DNA of 64,000 bases from Spirochaetia bacterium. GTDB taxonomy: Bacteria; Spirochaetota; Spirochaetia; SP-2023. Made by a program: the position numbers and the translations under genes. Positions 51,265 to 62,719 of the stretch are shown here, in pieces; the first letter of the stretch is position 1; each line of letters starts with the position of its first letter. The stretch is taken from positions 864,001 to 928,000 of the forward strand of contig CBDDCK010000005.1 in NCBI GenBank assembly GCA_965225855.1. The letters are read 5' to 3'. The notes beneath the pieces are model-generated. The model had not been told where the DNA came from and searched no databases. It saw nothing but the letters and a program-made list of their open reading frames with translations.

Positions 51265-51507
51265 AATGCCTTCTATATTTTATAAATCATTAGGATAAAA
51301 AATTTATGGGCGAGATTAGTAGGTAGATCTTTGTTGCAAAACAAGAATAAAAACAAATATAAAATAACGAAATAGGGTAAACCGATTCCAATTGGTGTTT
51401 TCTAAATTTTTCTAAATAAATTAGGTTAACCACTTGTATAGATTTTTGGTTTTTATATAATCCCCACCAAGTTTTTGCATCGCTTTGCTTGATGTGATAG
51501 TAAATAA

Positions 51508-51580
<73 letters not shown>

Positions 51581-51592
51581 CGATTTATAATA

Positions 51593-51627
51593 TAAAGCCT
51601 AGCTTATTGTGTATGCTAGGTTTTTTA
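51593..51627 (+). terminator. Intrinsic terminator after the tRNA
   Basis: CCTAGC...GCTAGG followed by a T run. Confidence 0.6.
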
Positions 51628-51689
51628 TTGTCTATTTTCCTTTTCCCTACTGATTCATATAACTTCATTTTTACAGGTCAATACACAGA

Positions 51690-52952
51690 ATGAATGATAA
51701 CGAGCCTAGCTGGGTTAAACAGTCTAATGGTATGATAAATTCTCCCCTAGGTTTTTGGGCTACGGGTCTTCATGCTGGTTTTCGGCGCAATTTCAGCCGT
51801 CTGGATTTAGGCTGTATCTATTCGGAATGGCCTGCTCAAGCTGCAGCGATGTTTACTCGCAATCAATTTTGCGGCTCCCATATTGCTATTACGCGCAAGG
51901 CTTTACAGCAGAGTGGTGGCATATTGCAAGGCTTAATTTGCAATAGTGGCCAAGCCAATACGGGTACAGGGAAACGTGGTATTGAGTTAGCCCAAGAAAC
52001 ACAGACTCTCTTTCAGCAAAAAATGGCTATTGCCAAGCCTGAATGGGTGGCCGTATTTTCTACAGGGGTAATTGGGATTCTTCCTGAAATTCGTTGTGTC
52101 CGCAATGGTATTGAACGATTGCAGCCTAGCCATAGCCCCAAAGCTGGTAGTGATTTCAGCCGTTCCATTTTGACAACCGATCAGGTTACGAAAACCAGTT
52201 GCTATACGATGGAAATTGATAGCCAGTTGATTACACTATCGGGTAATGCCAAAGGCTCTGGCATGATCCACCCCAATATGGCTACCATGCTTGCTTTCAT
52301 TACCACCGATGCTGCAGTAGCAGAAGGTGCACTCGTTCCTTTACTGCAGCAATGCGTCAATCGTAGTTTTCATCGTATTAGTGTCGATAACGAAACATCA
52401 ACTAATGATTCTGTAGTCATTTTGGCCAATGGTATGGCTAGAAATAAACCTTTACATCCAGAGCATTCTCGCTGGAAAACTTTTGCCAATGCTTTAGAGG
52501 CTTTATGCTTGGACTTAGCCTATGCGATTGTCCGCGATGCTGAAGGTGCCCACAAGTTTATTGAAGTGGAAATTTTGGGAGCGATTAGTGAAGAGCAAGC
52601 AGCTTATTGTGCCAGAGGTGTGATTTCTTCTAATCTATTTAAAGCAGCCATGTATGGCGAGGATATGAACTGGGGCCGTATCTGTAGTGCTCTTGGTACG
52701 GCTACGATTGAGTACAATTTGTCCATTGATTTTAGCCATATTGATTTGATAGCAGGCAAGGGCAAAGAAGCCATTTCTTTGGTGCGAAATGGTGAGTTAC
52801 AAAAATATTCAGAATACGATGCAGCCACATTACTTTCGCAGGCTAATATTTACTTTGCTATTGATCTGCATTTGGGCAGAGAAAGTGCCAAGGCCTGGGG
52901 CTGTGATTTGTCTTATGATTATATCCACATTAATGCAGCCAAACGAAGTTAG
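51690..52952 (+). CDS. argJ: Ornithine acetyltransferase / glutamate N-acetyltransferase
   Basis: NSGQANTGTG, STGVIG, AKGSGMIHPNMATML, STND, NWGRI, WGCDLSYDY. Confidence 0.95.
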   Translation: MNDNEPSWVKQSNGMINSPLGFWATGLHAGFRRNFSRLDLGCIYSEWPAQAAAMFTRNQFCGSHIAITRKALQQSGGILQGLICNSGQANTGTGKRGIELAQETQTLFQQKMAIAKPEWVAVFSTGVIGILPEIRCVRNGIERLQPSHSPKAGSDFSRSILTTDQVTKTSCYTMEIDSQLITLSGNAKGSGMIHPNMATMLAFITTDAAVAEGALVPLLQQCVNRSFHRISVDNETSTNDSVVILANGMARNKPLHPEHSRWKTFANALEALCLDLAYAIVRDAEGAHKFIEVEILGAISEEQAAYCARGVISSNLFKAAMYGEDMNWGRICSALGTATIEYNLSIDFSHIDLIAGKGKEAISLVRNGELQKYSEYDAATLLSQANIYFAIDLHLGRESAKAWGCDLSYDYIHINAAKRS

Positions 52953-53057
52953 TAGCACAGCAATTAAAATTTGTTAAGTTAATTTGCAATAATTAGATAG
53001 ACCATTTTCTTTAGCTCATCAGAACCGACTTGAAAGTCAATCCCTTGCATAATATCG

Positions 53058-53618
53058 CTATAGTAGGTAAAACAGATGCGAAAAAATGGCATAGGCTGCT
53101 AAGTCAACAGAATTTTCTGCCAAAGCAATTTGCTTATGTTTTATACCATAGTTGAGAATTACTTGGAGTAACAAAATATTTTGCTCTTTAAAAGCCTTAA
53201 CAATGGATTGTATCAATTTATGGAAAGAATTATATTCAAATAATAAAGCTTGATGCTTGCGCAAAAGTTGGTCTCCAATTTCGACAATGGTTTCTATATA
53301 ACTTTCCAAAGCTGCTAAACAGTGAAAATTTTCTAAATTCGTTTTCTCTAGCTCAGACAATTCCAAGCCGTTTAGAGTAGATGATTCTATTTTTTGATAT
53401 ACATTCAATACTTCCCAATCCATTACAGCAGTAAATATCGACTTTTTATTTTTAAAATAATAGTAGAGAGCTGTTTTACCTACTTTGCTGATTGAAGCAA
53501 TTGCATCTAATTTCGTATTTTTGAAACCATTCTGGCGAAATAATTGCGAAGCAAGCTGTATTAGTTCCTGCCGTTTGTGATCGCGCTGACTATCGTCTGT
53601 TTCCCATTCAATTTTCAT
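53058..53618 (-). CDS. TetR/AcrR family regulator
   Basis: LF-QNGF-NT-LD-IA...K-ALYYYFKNK. Confidence 0.88.
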   Translation of the reverse strand: MKIEWETDDSQRDHKRQELIQLASQLFRQNGFKNTKLDAIASISKVGKTALYYYFKNKKSIFTAVMDWEVLNVYQKIESSTLNGLELSELEKTNLENFHCLAALESYIETIVEIGDQLLRKHQALLFEYNSFHKLIQSIVKAFKEQNILLLQVILNYGIKHKQIALAENSVDLAAYAIFSHLFYLL

Positions 53619-53654
53619 TATTGTAGCGATGATATACTATTACTCTTATTTTTA

Positions 53655-53753
53655 TCAATTTCTATTTTGAATAAATTGATAAATATTCAAAATAGAAATT
53701 GACACTATTTTAAATAAATATTATTTTGAATAAATTGATAAATATTCAAAATA
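53655..53753. promoter_or_regulatory. Duplicated palindromic operator, probably bound by the TetR regulator
   Basis: TATTTTGAATA-AATTGATAAA-TATTCAAAATA exactly at 53663 and 53722; first copy extends to 19-bp arms; TTGACA at 53699. Confidence 0.75.
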
Positions 53754-53767
53754 AAGGAGTCTTAAAT

Positions 53768-54556
53768 ATGAAATATTTTACTATAATTATGGTGTTGAGT
53801 CTGATATTCTTAAAACCGCTATACTCACAAGAGGGTCAGAAGGTTGGGCTTAATGGGGCACAAATAGCACAAAAATCTTTTGCGATAGCAAAGCCGAATT
53901 CTTTGCGTATGAAGGTTTTGATACAGCTAATCAATCCAAAAAGCCGCAAAGCCAGAGTGCGCCATATTGAAGTTATACAAGAGGAAAGTGCAAAGTCTCG
54001 CAAATTTATTGAATTTATTAGCCCTCAAGATGTAGCTGGTACAAAATTCATCAGCTCTGAACGGGCGAATATTACAGAAACACGAATGTTTTCTCCCGGA
54101 GATGGAAAAATCCGTGTTATTACCAGCAGTTCCAAAAAGAATTCTTTTATGGGTACAGACCTTTCTTATTACGATTTGGAAAGCCATAATTATGAGGATT
54201 TCCATTACACATTGCAAAGCAGTGGGCAAAAGATTAAAGATAAATCTTTTGCGGGAATGTCTTTTTATGTTGTTGAGGCCATACCAAAAGATCGTGCTGC
54301 CCCCTATGATAAAATGCTTTACTGGATTGAAGATGACTACTTTCAAGCTCGGCGCATTGAAGCTTTTGTCAATAATATCAAAGTCAAGGATATTTATATG
54401 CTCAAAAATATAGAGGGCATTGGGTATATCATTCCTAAAGTTATTCTGGCAATCAATCATCAGAAAAATGGGCATCGCACTATTTGGGCTGTCCAAGAAC
54501 AGGAGCTCAACCCAAATATTGAAGAGCGTGTATTTTCACTACAAAATTTAAGGTAG
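53768..54556 (+). CDS. Outer-membrane lipoprotein-sorting (LolA-like) protein
   Basis: F-SP-DV-GT-F, SFMGTDLSY-DL, FSLQNL; AAGGAG RBS. Confidence 0.85.
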   Translation: MKYFTIIMVLSLIFLKPLYSQEGQKVGLNGAQIAQKSFAIAKPNSLRMKVLIQLINPKSRKARVRHIEVIQEESAKSRKFIEFISPQDVAGTKFISSERANITETRMFSPGDGKIRVITSSSKKNSFMGTDLSYYDLESHNYEDFHYTLQSSGQKIKDKSFAGMSFYVVEAIPKDRAAPYDKMLYWIEDDYFQARRIEAFVNNIKVKDIYMLKNIEGIGYIIPKVILAINHQKNGHRTIWAVQEQELNPNIEERVFSLQNLR

Positions 54557-54563
54557 TGATTTT

Positions 54564-56099
54564 ATGAACATATATCAAAATTTGCGATATGGCATAGTAT
54601 TTTGTATAGCTCTATTCATTATAGTACCCAGTGTATTTAGCCAAGATACAGCTCAAGATATGAATCAGGACTTTGAGCAAGATACAGATTTGTTAAGTGG
54701 CTTTGTGGCTCCAGAGCTTTTGCTTGAAAAACAGACTAGTTCAAAAGAATTGAAATCCAGCGTAAAACTTGAAGGTGAGCATATTTTATTGGGGGCTATA
54801 CCTACTGCCGAAGATTCTCTTGTTGGTGAAGTTGCCCCTGCGTTGGTAAACCAAGTTCAATTGAGTTTTGACCAAGGCCAAGGCCTAGCTCTAGTTGCAG
54901 GGTTGGACTTGCAAAGTCGTTTGGGACAAATAGGGCAAAGTAGCCAACTAAAACATCAGCTCCGTCCATTAGAAACATATGTTGGGCTTTATGACTTAAA
55001 TGGCATATGGAGCTTCTACCTTGGTTGGCAGAATTTTGGTTGGGGGGCTGCCGACAAAATAAGCCCTATTGATATTCTCAATTCGCGTGATTTGCAACCA
55101 AGTCCGAGGAGGCAAAAAAAGCTAGCAGTGTTGGCGGCCCAATTCCAATTGCAACCATTACCTTGGTTGGGTTTTGAGGCCGTCTATCTACCGTTTTATC
55201 AAGGCAATCAAATAGATATACTTTCTCAGCTAAATAAAGAATTGGCCTCTATGAAAGCTAAGGCTGTGTTGGATAAAACGGAATTAAACTTTGATGAACC
55301 AACCTTGGGTGGCCGTCTGCGTTTTTACTTGCCAAATTTTGATATAGGCCTTAGCTATTTATTTACTCCTGATGATAATTTAACAGCATCGGTCTCTAAC
55401 TTGAAATTCGATGGAGGTAAAGGCTATGTTAAAGAATTATTAGAATTATTGTTAAAGCGCAAGCAGCTTCATCATTGGGGCTTAGATTTGCGATTGGCTT
55501 TCCCAGAATGGAGCTTATGGTTGGATACAGCTTTTGCTCTGGATACCGAATGGGAGCTTGGTTCTTATACTGTGCGTTCGCCCAAACTCAGCAGTGTGCT
55601 TGGAGCTGATTTTAACTATGGCCCTGATAAAAAATTCTATACCAATTTCCAATATTCCTTGCGTTGGTTGCCAGATTATCAAGACAGTTATTCTGGGATT
55701 CCCAAAACAAAATGGGATTTTAAAAATCTGTATGCCTTACTACAATTTAACAATAAACTGGCTAACTACAATGAGGGGCTTTTACAACGCTTTATACTGC
55801 ATATGGCTTTCCCGTTTACCATAAATACAACAAATACAGAGAATAATTCAATATTGAATTTAATTTCTGTATTTAACTTGGCTTATGATATTCCCCTATT
55901 GTACAAAGGAGTAGGGGCACATCACATTTATATTAACCCCGAATTGGAAATGAGTTGGGATTGGCAAACCAGCATTACTCACAGCTTACAATTGGGTTTG
56001 GCAATAGGTTTCGAGTGGTTTGCCAAGCTCGAACAAGAAGCCGTTAACCGTGGTTATTATCAAGACCAAATATACCTTGAACTTCGTCTATTATGGTAG
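54564..56099 (+). CDS. Putative outer-membrane beta-barrel (DUF1302-like)
   Basis: Signal peptide; GWQ--GWGAAD--SPID-LN-RD; C-terminal D-IYLELR--W; operon context. Confidence 0.65.
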   Translation: MNIYQNLRYGIVFCIALFIIVPSVFSQDTAQDMNQDFEQDTDLLSGFVAPELLLEKQTSSKELKSSVKLEGEHILLGAIPTAEDSLVGEVAPALVNQVQLSFDQGQGLALVAGLDLQSRLGQIGQSSQLKHQLRPLETYVGLYDLNGIWSFYLGWQNFGWGAADKISPIDILNSRDLQPSPRRQKKLAVLAAQFQLQPLPWLGFEAVYLPFYQGNQIDILSQLNKELASMKAKAVLDKTELNFDEPTLGGRLRFYLPNFDIGLSYLFTPDDNLTASVSNLKFDGGKGYVKELLELLLKRKQLHHWGLDLRLAFPEWSLWLDTAFALDTEWELGSYTVRSPKLSSVLGADFNYGPDKKFYTNFQYSLRWLPDYQDSYSGIPKTKWDFKNLYALLQFNNKLANYNEGLLQRFILHMAFPFTINTTNTENNSILNLISVFNLAYDIPLLYKGVGAHHIYINPELEMSWDWQTSITHSLQLGLAIGFEWFAKLEQEAVNRGYYQDQIYLELRLLW

Positions 56100-58657
56100 A
56101 CTCGAACGAAAAGAACGAATTTAATAGAAGGGAAGCGAACATGGCAAGTACCGTAATAGAACCGCCGGACAACTGGGCCGGCCGAATACTGACCTTTTTA
56201 TATCACCGCAAGTGGCTAGGTATTATCCTGCTAGTAGGTATTATGCTGTTGTCTTTTTGGGGTATGCTGAGCCTTGTGGTAGAAGCCGATGCTACTAAAT
56301 TCCTACCTAAGAACACAGCAGAGCGCCTTGCCAGCCGAAAAATAAAAGAGCTGTATAGCATTGATACGGAAATGATTATTGGCTATGAAGCAACAGACAT
56401 TGCAGAACCTAAGATAATTAGTCTGATAACTGACTTGACTAATGCGTTGCAGAGCTTAGAAAAAGAAGTAGTAAAAGAGGTAGAACCTGCTACCACCGAT
56501 GCGAGCAAGCTTGGTGAGAGCAAAAATTTAATTAGTAGTGATTTGCTTGGTGAAAGCAATTTGGATAGTGATATTTTTGAGGATTCGGAGTTAAGCAATC
56601 TTGCTTTTAGCAATGACAATAACTTAACTTTACAAACATCGCTTATTCAAGATATTCAATCTTTTGACACCATTAGTATTATGCTTTCCGATGGCATTGG
56701 TGGTTTGGAAGACAAGGAAGTTACCTCTCTTCAAGGTGATGCTTTGAAACAAGAGCTTCGAGATTGGGGCCTATATGAAAAAATCCTCTATAATGATGAC
56801 TTTCGCTACGGTGCGATTATTATTCAGCCGGGAACGGAGCTAACTTCAGATCAATACCGCAGGCTCTACCAAGAAGTTGTGGTTACGCTAGAGTCCTTTA
56901 AAGGAAAAGGCTTAAATTTTTTCCTTGGAGGCGAAGCTGTGATACAAAGTGCCATGGGTGAATATATTTTAGCTGATTTAGTTTGGCTGATTCCGTTGTT
57001 GGCTTTGATTGTCTGTAGCATTTTGTACATTTATTTCCGCAGGTTTTCTGCTCTTATCATCATTCTTTTTCCTGTAGTCTTTGCGCTCTTAGCTACTATT
57101 GGGCTTATGGGCTGGCTGGGTGTTAAGTTTACTTTTATCCATGCCAGTATTCCTATTATTATCATTGCTTTAGGCAGTGCTGACTCAATTCATACTTTGG
57201 GGCATTTTGCCAAACAAGGTGGCGGTAATCTCTTATTACTACAGCGTATCAAAGCTACCCAACGGCAATTGCTCCAGCCTATCACCCTTACCAGTATCAC
57301 TACCAGTATTGGTTTCCTCTCTTTTGCTGGCAGTGTTATGTTACCTATCCGCAGCTTTGGTTTATTCAATGCGGCTGGTATTGGTTTTGCTTGGCTTTCC
57401 AGCCTTTTTATAGCCCCCTTGTTGCTACCTTTATATAAGCCTCCTTTACAGCAAAAGCCTAAGAATAACAACCAGCATAATGCTTTGAATGTAGCAGCAA
57501 TCGCTTGGAACTTCACTCGTTTGTTAGCAAGACACCCCTATATTACCCGCACGGTATTCCTCTGCAGTGCTGGCTTGCTGCTGCTGATACCGCAGGTACC
57601 GGTAAATAATGACACTATCAGTTACTTCCACCCCAACTCACGTGTGGTCAAAGATAGCTTGATTATCAATGATAAACTCAGTGGTATCTACACTATCCAT
57701 ATTAGTATGGAAGCTGTTCAAGCAAGTATATCTGATACTTCTCAAAGTTCAATCGAGCAGAAAGTACTAGAGCCAGAGATTCTACAATATATGGCCAACC
57801 TAGCTACTTACGTCAAAGAACAAAACCCAAGTCTAGTCAATAAAACCATTGGCTTGCAAGATTTTGTGTTGCAACTCAACGGTTTGCTAAACCCAGGTCG
57901 CAATAACCAAACGCCACAATCACTGCCAAACCGCCAAACTATCGTGCAATATCTCTCCTTGTATTCGGGAAACTTGGATAGTTTTGTTAGCCCAGACATT
58001 TACGAAGCCCAGAGTGCCAGAGTCTCCATTTACTTAAATGACGGTAGTAAAGACAGCACTCAAAAAGTGCTACGCGATATTGAAGTGTTCCAAGCTCAGC
58101 ACTTGCCAAAAGGTTATAAGCAAATAGAAAGCGGTGCTTCTTTAACGATAAACAACATGAATCAGTTAGTGGTCAAGGAACAAATACGCAGCATCATTTT
58201 GGCAATCACTGGTGTTTTCCTCATTGTTCTGTTTAGTTTCCGCTCGCTACGCTTGGGCTTGCTCGCTTGTTTGCCTTCAACTATCACCTTATTGCTTAAC
58301 CTTGTGCTCATGGCATTGCTGCAAATTGATTTGGACATCAGCACGGCATTGATCAATAGTCTGTTAATTGGCGTGGGGATTGACTACGGTATCCACTTAA
58401 TTAGTGCCTACCGCCAAGGCAAAATTCAGCACGATGGCCCTAGTGCCCTGCAGCAAGCCCTCAAACAAGTCAGCTCTAATATCCTGCTCAATGCAGTAGC
58501 TGTAGGCCTAGGCTATATGACATTAGTCTTTTCTCAATTCCGTAGTTTAGGCTACTTTGGTGGACTTTCGGCACTGGCCAATATGATAGCCGCTGCCTTA
58601 ACCCTGTTGATTCTACCTCTACTTCTATTAAACAAAAAACAAAGGTCTTCACTATGA
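56093..58657 (+). CDS. MMPL/RND-superfamily transporter
   Basis: Duplicated TM blocks, ALGSADSIH, TSITTSIGFLSF, IGVGIDYGIH. Confidence 0.9.
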   Translation: MVDSNEKNEFNRREANMASTVIEPPDNWAGRILTFLYHRKWLGIILLVGIMLLSFWGMLSLVVEADATKFLPKNTAERLASRKIKELYSIDTEMIIGYEATDIAEPKIISLITDLTNALQSLEKEVVKEVEPATTDASKLGESKNLISSDLLGESNLDSDIFEDSELSNLAFSNDNNLTLQTSLIQDIQSFDTISIMLSDGIGGLEDKEVTSLQGDALKQELRDWGLYEKILYNDDFRYGAIIIQPGTELTSDQYRRLYQEVVVTLESFKGKGLNFFLGGEAVIQSAMGEYILADLVWLIPLLALIVCSILYIYFRRFSALIIILFPVVFALLATIGLMGWLGVKFTFIHASIPIIIIALGSADSIHTLGHFAKQGGGNLLLLQRIKATQRQLLQPITLTSITTSIGFLSFAGSVMLPIRSFGLFNAAGIGFAWLSSLFIAPLLLPLYKPPLQQKPKNNNQHNALNVAAIAWNFTRLLARHPYITRTVFLCSAGLLLLIPQVPVNNDTISYFHPNSRVVKDSLIINDKLSGIYTIHISMEAVQASISDTSQSSIEQKVLEPEILQYMANLATYVKEQNPSLVNKTIGLQDFVLQLNGLLNPGRNNQTPQSLPNRQTIVQYLSLYSGNLDSFVSPDIYEAQSARVSIYLNDGSKDSTQKVLRDIEVFQAQHLPKGYKQIESGASLTINNMNQLVVKEQIRSIILAITGVFLIVLFSFRSLRLGLLACLPSTITLLLNLVLMALLQIDLDISTALINSLLIGVGIDYGIHLISAYRQGKIQHDGPSALQQALKQVSSNILLNAVAVGLGYMTLVFSQFRSLGYFGGLSALANMIAAALTLLILPLLLLNKKQRSSL

Positions 58658-59562
58658 ACACAATTAATAAGCGTATCAAACCCCTATTTTCTATGATAGC
58701 TTTGCTAGCATTCAGTGTTTTACCCGCCATGTCTTTACAAGCATTGCCCACAGATTTACTGGATACTTGGGTCTTACCTCAGCAATCACAATCTTGGTTC
58801 AACGGGCAATACCGTTATCGAGTGTTGGCTTTTTGGCAAAAAGGCCCAAGCATTGAATATTTAGAATTACGTATTTACCCCAGCGATGGCGTGCGCAGCG
58901 TCTTGATTACCGGCAAAGTTCGGGGGCAAGGGCAGGCTACTTTGGTATTGCAACAACAGCAAGAAATCCGCATTGTCAATGAAGGCAGAGGTTTCCCTAC
59001 ATATTTTAGCCACCATGTCAAACCGCTTGCAAGCCAAAAGGTGCACAAATATCGCCTAGAGAGTGGTAAAACTTTAGAGCTCAATGGCCAAGAAACCTTT
59101 AACCATTACGGCGCAAGTTGGGCCAAAGCTCGCCGAAATCATGATGCTTTTGCTGCGATGGACTTAACTGTAATCCATTTCTACCTAATACAATCTCAAG
59201 TACCCAACTTCGGTAGCATGAAGATGATGAAAAATTCTAATACTGAATATACAGGTTTACTCTCTGGACAAATGATCCTGGACTTTGAGGCCCGCGGCTT
59301 GTTAGGCTTTGGCAATTCTGGCCTATGGTTTCGATTGATAGACTTTCAACAATTGCCTCACACCCTGATAAACGGCAAATGTTTTGGTGGCTTTAAGTCT
59401 ATGGAAGGGTTTATGCAGTTTTTTGTCTATGGAGAACCCGTATTGAAAGTAGACTATAGTCAAGTAATTATGGCCAACGGCTATGCAGCTGATGGTTCCT
59501 TTCTGGTAAACTTTCCCGGCAAAAGTCAAGTTGCTATACCAGTCGGTCGCTACGGCCAATAA
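58654..59562 (+). CDS. Secreted hypothetical protein
   Basis: Signal peptide; ATGA overlap with the MMPL gene. Confidence 0.65.
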   Translation: MNTINKRIKPLFSMIALLAFSVLPAMSLQALPTDLLDTWVLPQQSQSWFNGQYRYRVLAFWQKGPSIEYLELRIYPSDGVRSVLITGKVRGQGQATLVLQQQQEIRIVNEGRGFPTYFSHHVKPLASQKVHKYRLESGKTLELNGQETFNHYGASWAKARRNHDAFAAMDLTVIHFYLIQSQVPNFGSMKMMKNSNTEYTGLLSGQMILDFEARGLLGFGNSGLWFRLIDFQQLPHTLINGKCFGGFKSMEGFMQFFVYGEPVLKVDYSQVIMANGYAADGSFLVNFPGKSQVAIPVGRYGQ

Positions 59563-59713
59563 GTCCAATATCATCGACTATCTAGTTAGCAAAAGTCGAT
59601 TCAGTTTTATCATATCAGTTCAGTAGCGTTGCAATTTCAGCAAGGCTACTTTATCATTCCAGCAAAACTAGATAGAAAACTTAGTGGTTCTGTTTGTCTA
59701 TTTCACCTAATCT

Positions 59714-59750
59714 GATGAGTGCCTTCCCCAAATAGGAAGGCACTCATCAA
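59714..59750. terminator. Hairpin between convergent genes
   Basis: TGATGAGTGCCTTCC-CCAAATA-GGAAGGCACTCATCA, 15-bp arms. Confidence 0.7.
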
Positions 59751-59828
59751 AAACTTGTAACTCCAGAAAAGCTGGCTGCCGTATGCCATTGCCTACGGCT
59801 TAACATAGCTAAATCACCGTGATAGCGA

Positions 59829-60527
59829 TTACTTGACGGTTAAGATGTTTGCCAAAATACCCGTGCGGATTTCATTGTTTTGGGTATATGCAGCCCGCAA
59901 CTCCAAATGGTAATTGCCTTTATTCAGCGTAGAAGGGATCAAAAAGTTCACTTTGCTATTGGTACTATCTAACACATCAATAACGCGGGTCTCGGTGTCA
60001 TCATTGGCTATGAAGAATATCCCTTCGCTACTCTCGTTGGCATCAAACTGTAGTCTCGTGCCAGTCAGCCGCGCCATATTTGCAGGAGTAATCGTCTTAT
60101 TAGTGGTGTTGCTCTTGCTATCAAACAATTCTATAGGCTGTGGTGCTACTAATTCGGCTGCAACCTTTTCGATCACAGCTTCTTGAATCGACATTTCTAA
60201 AGTCGAACTAGCACTAATGCTGACGTGTTTGCGGTGCTTTCCACTGGTGAAACTATCTGTAGGAGAACTAAACTTGCCCTTAATGCCGGGGCGATAGTTG
60301 CCGTGCCGCGTGTTGACATAACAGCCTTCTCGCAGGTATTGTTCCAAAGTCGTAATGTATAACTGCATGCAAGCCAGTATATCTCCTTTGGTTAAACTGG
60401 TGCCAGCTTGGGTCATACGTTCGTAAATATCGTCTTCCCCAATGTTTTGTACCGGGTGCACCATAGCCTTATAAACTTTACTCTTTGTTATTAAGTTGTT
60501 TTCAGACAAGCTGTATTTAATAGGCAT
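59829..60527 (-). CDS. HU-like DNA-binding plus DUF4469 domain protein
   Basis: Y-L-EN-L-T...G--VNT--G-Y--GIKG-F N-terminal domain; G-RL-FD...GIFF...F-IP--L--G-Y-LE Ig-like C-terminal domain. Confidence 0.75.
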   Translation of the reverse strand: MPIKYSLSENNLITKSKVYKAMVHPVQNIGEDDIYERMTQAGTSLTKGDILACMQLYITTLEQYLREGCYVNTRHGNYRPGIKGKFSSPTDSFTSGKHRKHVSISASSTLEMSIQEAVIEKVAAELVAPQPIELFDSKSNTTNKTITPANMARLTGTRLQFDANESSEGIFFIANDDTETRVIDVLDSTNSKVNFLIPSTLNKGNYHLELRAAYTQNNEIRTGILANILTVK

Positions 60528-60889
60528 TCAATCCTCCAAATATCGTATTGATTAGGCCATATCCAATATGGCTAATATGGGAATTACTATAATAGCAATT
60601 CATTATCTTGTCTAGTGGTTGGCATAATAGTTATGCTACAATTGAATATTTGACTATTGGCACTCTGATTGTCTAATTGTTTTGCGGCAATTGTCGTTGA
60701 TAGTTCCACCCACTACCTATGATATTGGGCGTATGAATAGGCAATTTTTCACTTATTTATCCATTGTATTGCATTGTCGATGCTGGGTTTGATGTTGTCA
60801 ATCATATGGCTTTTTGGCTATGATTGCTTACTATTCAGTATCGTTTTGCAAACTCAAGTTATGCCATAGCCTTGTTATAATGGTTGTTC

Positions 60890-62374
60890 CTATCTAAGGC
60901 TTTCGGTCAATATCTCGTTATCTGGCACACCTTCATCTAGGTTGTTTCTAACGCAACCACGCTTAGTTAGGGAAAAACAAAAGGCGCTTTGTTGCTGTTG
61001 TTTGCTGGCAATTGCCAATTCTTTTAGTACAAACTCACTTTGGCTAGCGATAAATATCTGCACGCCTTTTGCCGCTAGTGCGGCCAAGATCTGCACAAAC
61101 TGCTGCTGCAAAGCAGGGTCAATGTCGGCTTCTATTTCGTCTATCAGCAGCACACTATCGCGATTGATGATGTGGTTCTCTAGCAATAAGCGCAGCTGTT
61201 GCACTTTTTTGACCCCTGGGTCTCCCTGATCAAAAGGGATTGTTTCACCGCTAGCCAGTTGGTAGATAAATGCATCGTATGATTCAAGATTGGGGTTGCG
61301 CTTTATTGTTTGGCCACCACAGTAGTATTGTGTAAAGCATTCCAGCAAGCTTTCTTGCTGCTTGAATGCTGCTTGATCATAGGGACTGTAGATTAATTTC
61401 TGGCAGGTCGTACTATAAAAACGCGGATATTGTTGCCAATTTTCGATTACTTCGCTGTATAAGCTTAGCAATTCTGTTGGCGGCAGAAATACAGGATCAA
61501 AAAAGAATATACCTTTATGTGCCTTATCTGTAATGTTTTGCCATTGCCATTCTCGGTTATAACTTTGCAAATTAGCTTGGATATGGGCTTGCTCTATCTC
61601 CGATATTAGAAAGTATTGTTGTAAGTTTTGCTTAGGGTCTGTGCTGGTAATCGCATACAATAGCGTTAGCAAAGTGGTTTTGCCTGTGCAACTTTTACCC
61701 CAAAATACGTTGAGCCCGCCAAATTCCATCGTTAAGGCTGGCAGGGTCTGTAGGCGATTGAGCTCTAGCTTTTGTATTTTTATCGGCTGAAAGTCCTGCG
61801 GTTTTACCAGCTTGGCGTGGTATTCTCGCGTTTTATCATACATAGGGTGGTAATAAGGAGATAATGGTTGGATTTTGCGGTTATCGTCTAAAGCTTGTTC
61901 ATATTTACCTTGTTTGGCATAGCATTGACTGCGATAAAAATAGTTAATTTCATCGTTTGGGCTGTGCTCAATCAATTGGTTGTAGTCGGCTAGTGCCTTA
62001 TGCCATTGCCAGTCCCTTTCGTATAATAAGGCTCGATCGATGTAGACAAGCATATAGTTTGGCTGCAATTTAACCACTTGGTTATAATCGGCCACGGCTT
62101 TATTCCATTGTTGTTGCATTTCATATAATTTACCCCGTTGATGATAAGCAGGCACATAGCTTGGCTGTATCGCAAGGGTTTGGTTCAAGTCTCGTAAAGA
62201 TTGGTCTAGCTCTCCTAGTTCTTCATAGGCTATTGCTCTGTTGTAATAGTATTTGGCATTGTTTGGTTCTAGCTCTATAGACTTGGTATAGGCTGTTATA
62301 GCTGCCAAATAATTCCCTTTTCTTCGCTGCTTTTGCCCTCGATTGAAGGAATTTTTTGCTTCTTTATTCGTCAT
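60890..62374 (-). CDS. TPR-repeat protein fused to a degenerate ABC/AAA_21-type ATPase
   Basis: About five TPRs; LNVFWGKSCTGKTT Walker A; LLIDEIE Walker B; IASQS. Confidence 0.8.
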   Translation of the reverse strand: MTNKEAKNSFNRGQKQRRKGNYLAAITAYTKSIELEPNNAKYYYNRAIAYEELGELDQSLRDLNQTLAIQPSYVPAYHQRGKLYEMQQQWNKAVADYNQVVKLQPNYMLVYIDRALLYERDWQWHKALADYNQLIEHSPNDEINYFYRSQCYAKQGKYEQALDDNRKIQPLSPYYHPMYDKTREYHAKLVKPQDFQPIKIQKLELNRLQTLPALTMEFGGLNVFWGKSCTGKTTLLTLLYAITSTDPKQNLQQYFLISEIEQAHIQANLQSYNREWQWQNITDKAHKGIFFFDPVFLPPTELLSLYSEVIENWQQYPRFYSTTCQKLIYSPYDQAAFKQQESLLECFTQYYCGGQTIKRNPNLESYDAFIYQLASGETIPFDQGDPGVKKVQQLRLLLENHIINRDSVLLIDEIEADIDPALQQQFVQILAALAAKGVQIFIASQSEFVLKELAIASKQQQQSAFCFSLTKRGCVRNNLDEGVPDNEILTESLR

Positions 62375-62719
62375 TTTCTTGCTCCTGTTTCGCTGTACTG
62401 TGAATTTGGTTTTGCTAATTTACCAACCAAATCCCTGTGATTCTCTGTCTATATATCATGGATATTTGCATGATTTCGCAATTATAATCTATCGGTCCAC
62501 CTAATGTCAATAGAGCGACCATCATATATTTTTTATCCTAAAGAATCAAGGTAGCTTGTTCCATTGTATGATGATTGCCTTTGTCAATACTGGTTTACGA
62601 CTTCTATCAATGCCATTGAATCTTGATCGATAGTCGAAATATTTTTTATGAGTAGCTTACAATATTGGGCTATATCGTTGATCATTGGCTGAATTTTCAC
62701 TGGTAGATGCTTGGGCAGT

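Noticed and set aside
59713..59755. CTGATGA followed by a stem, suggesting a hammerhead ribozyme
   Set aside because: No GAAA follows the stem; the motif is part of a perfect inverted repeat between convergent genes.
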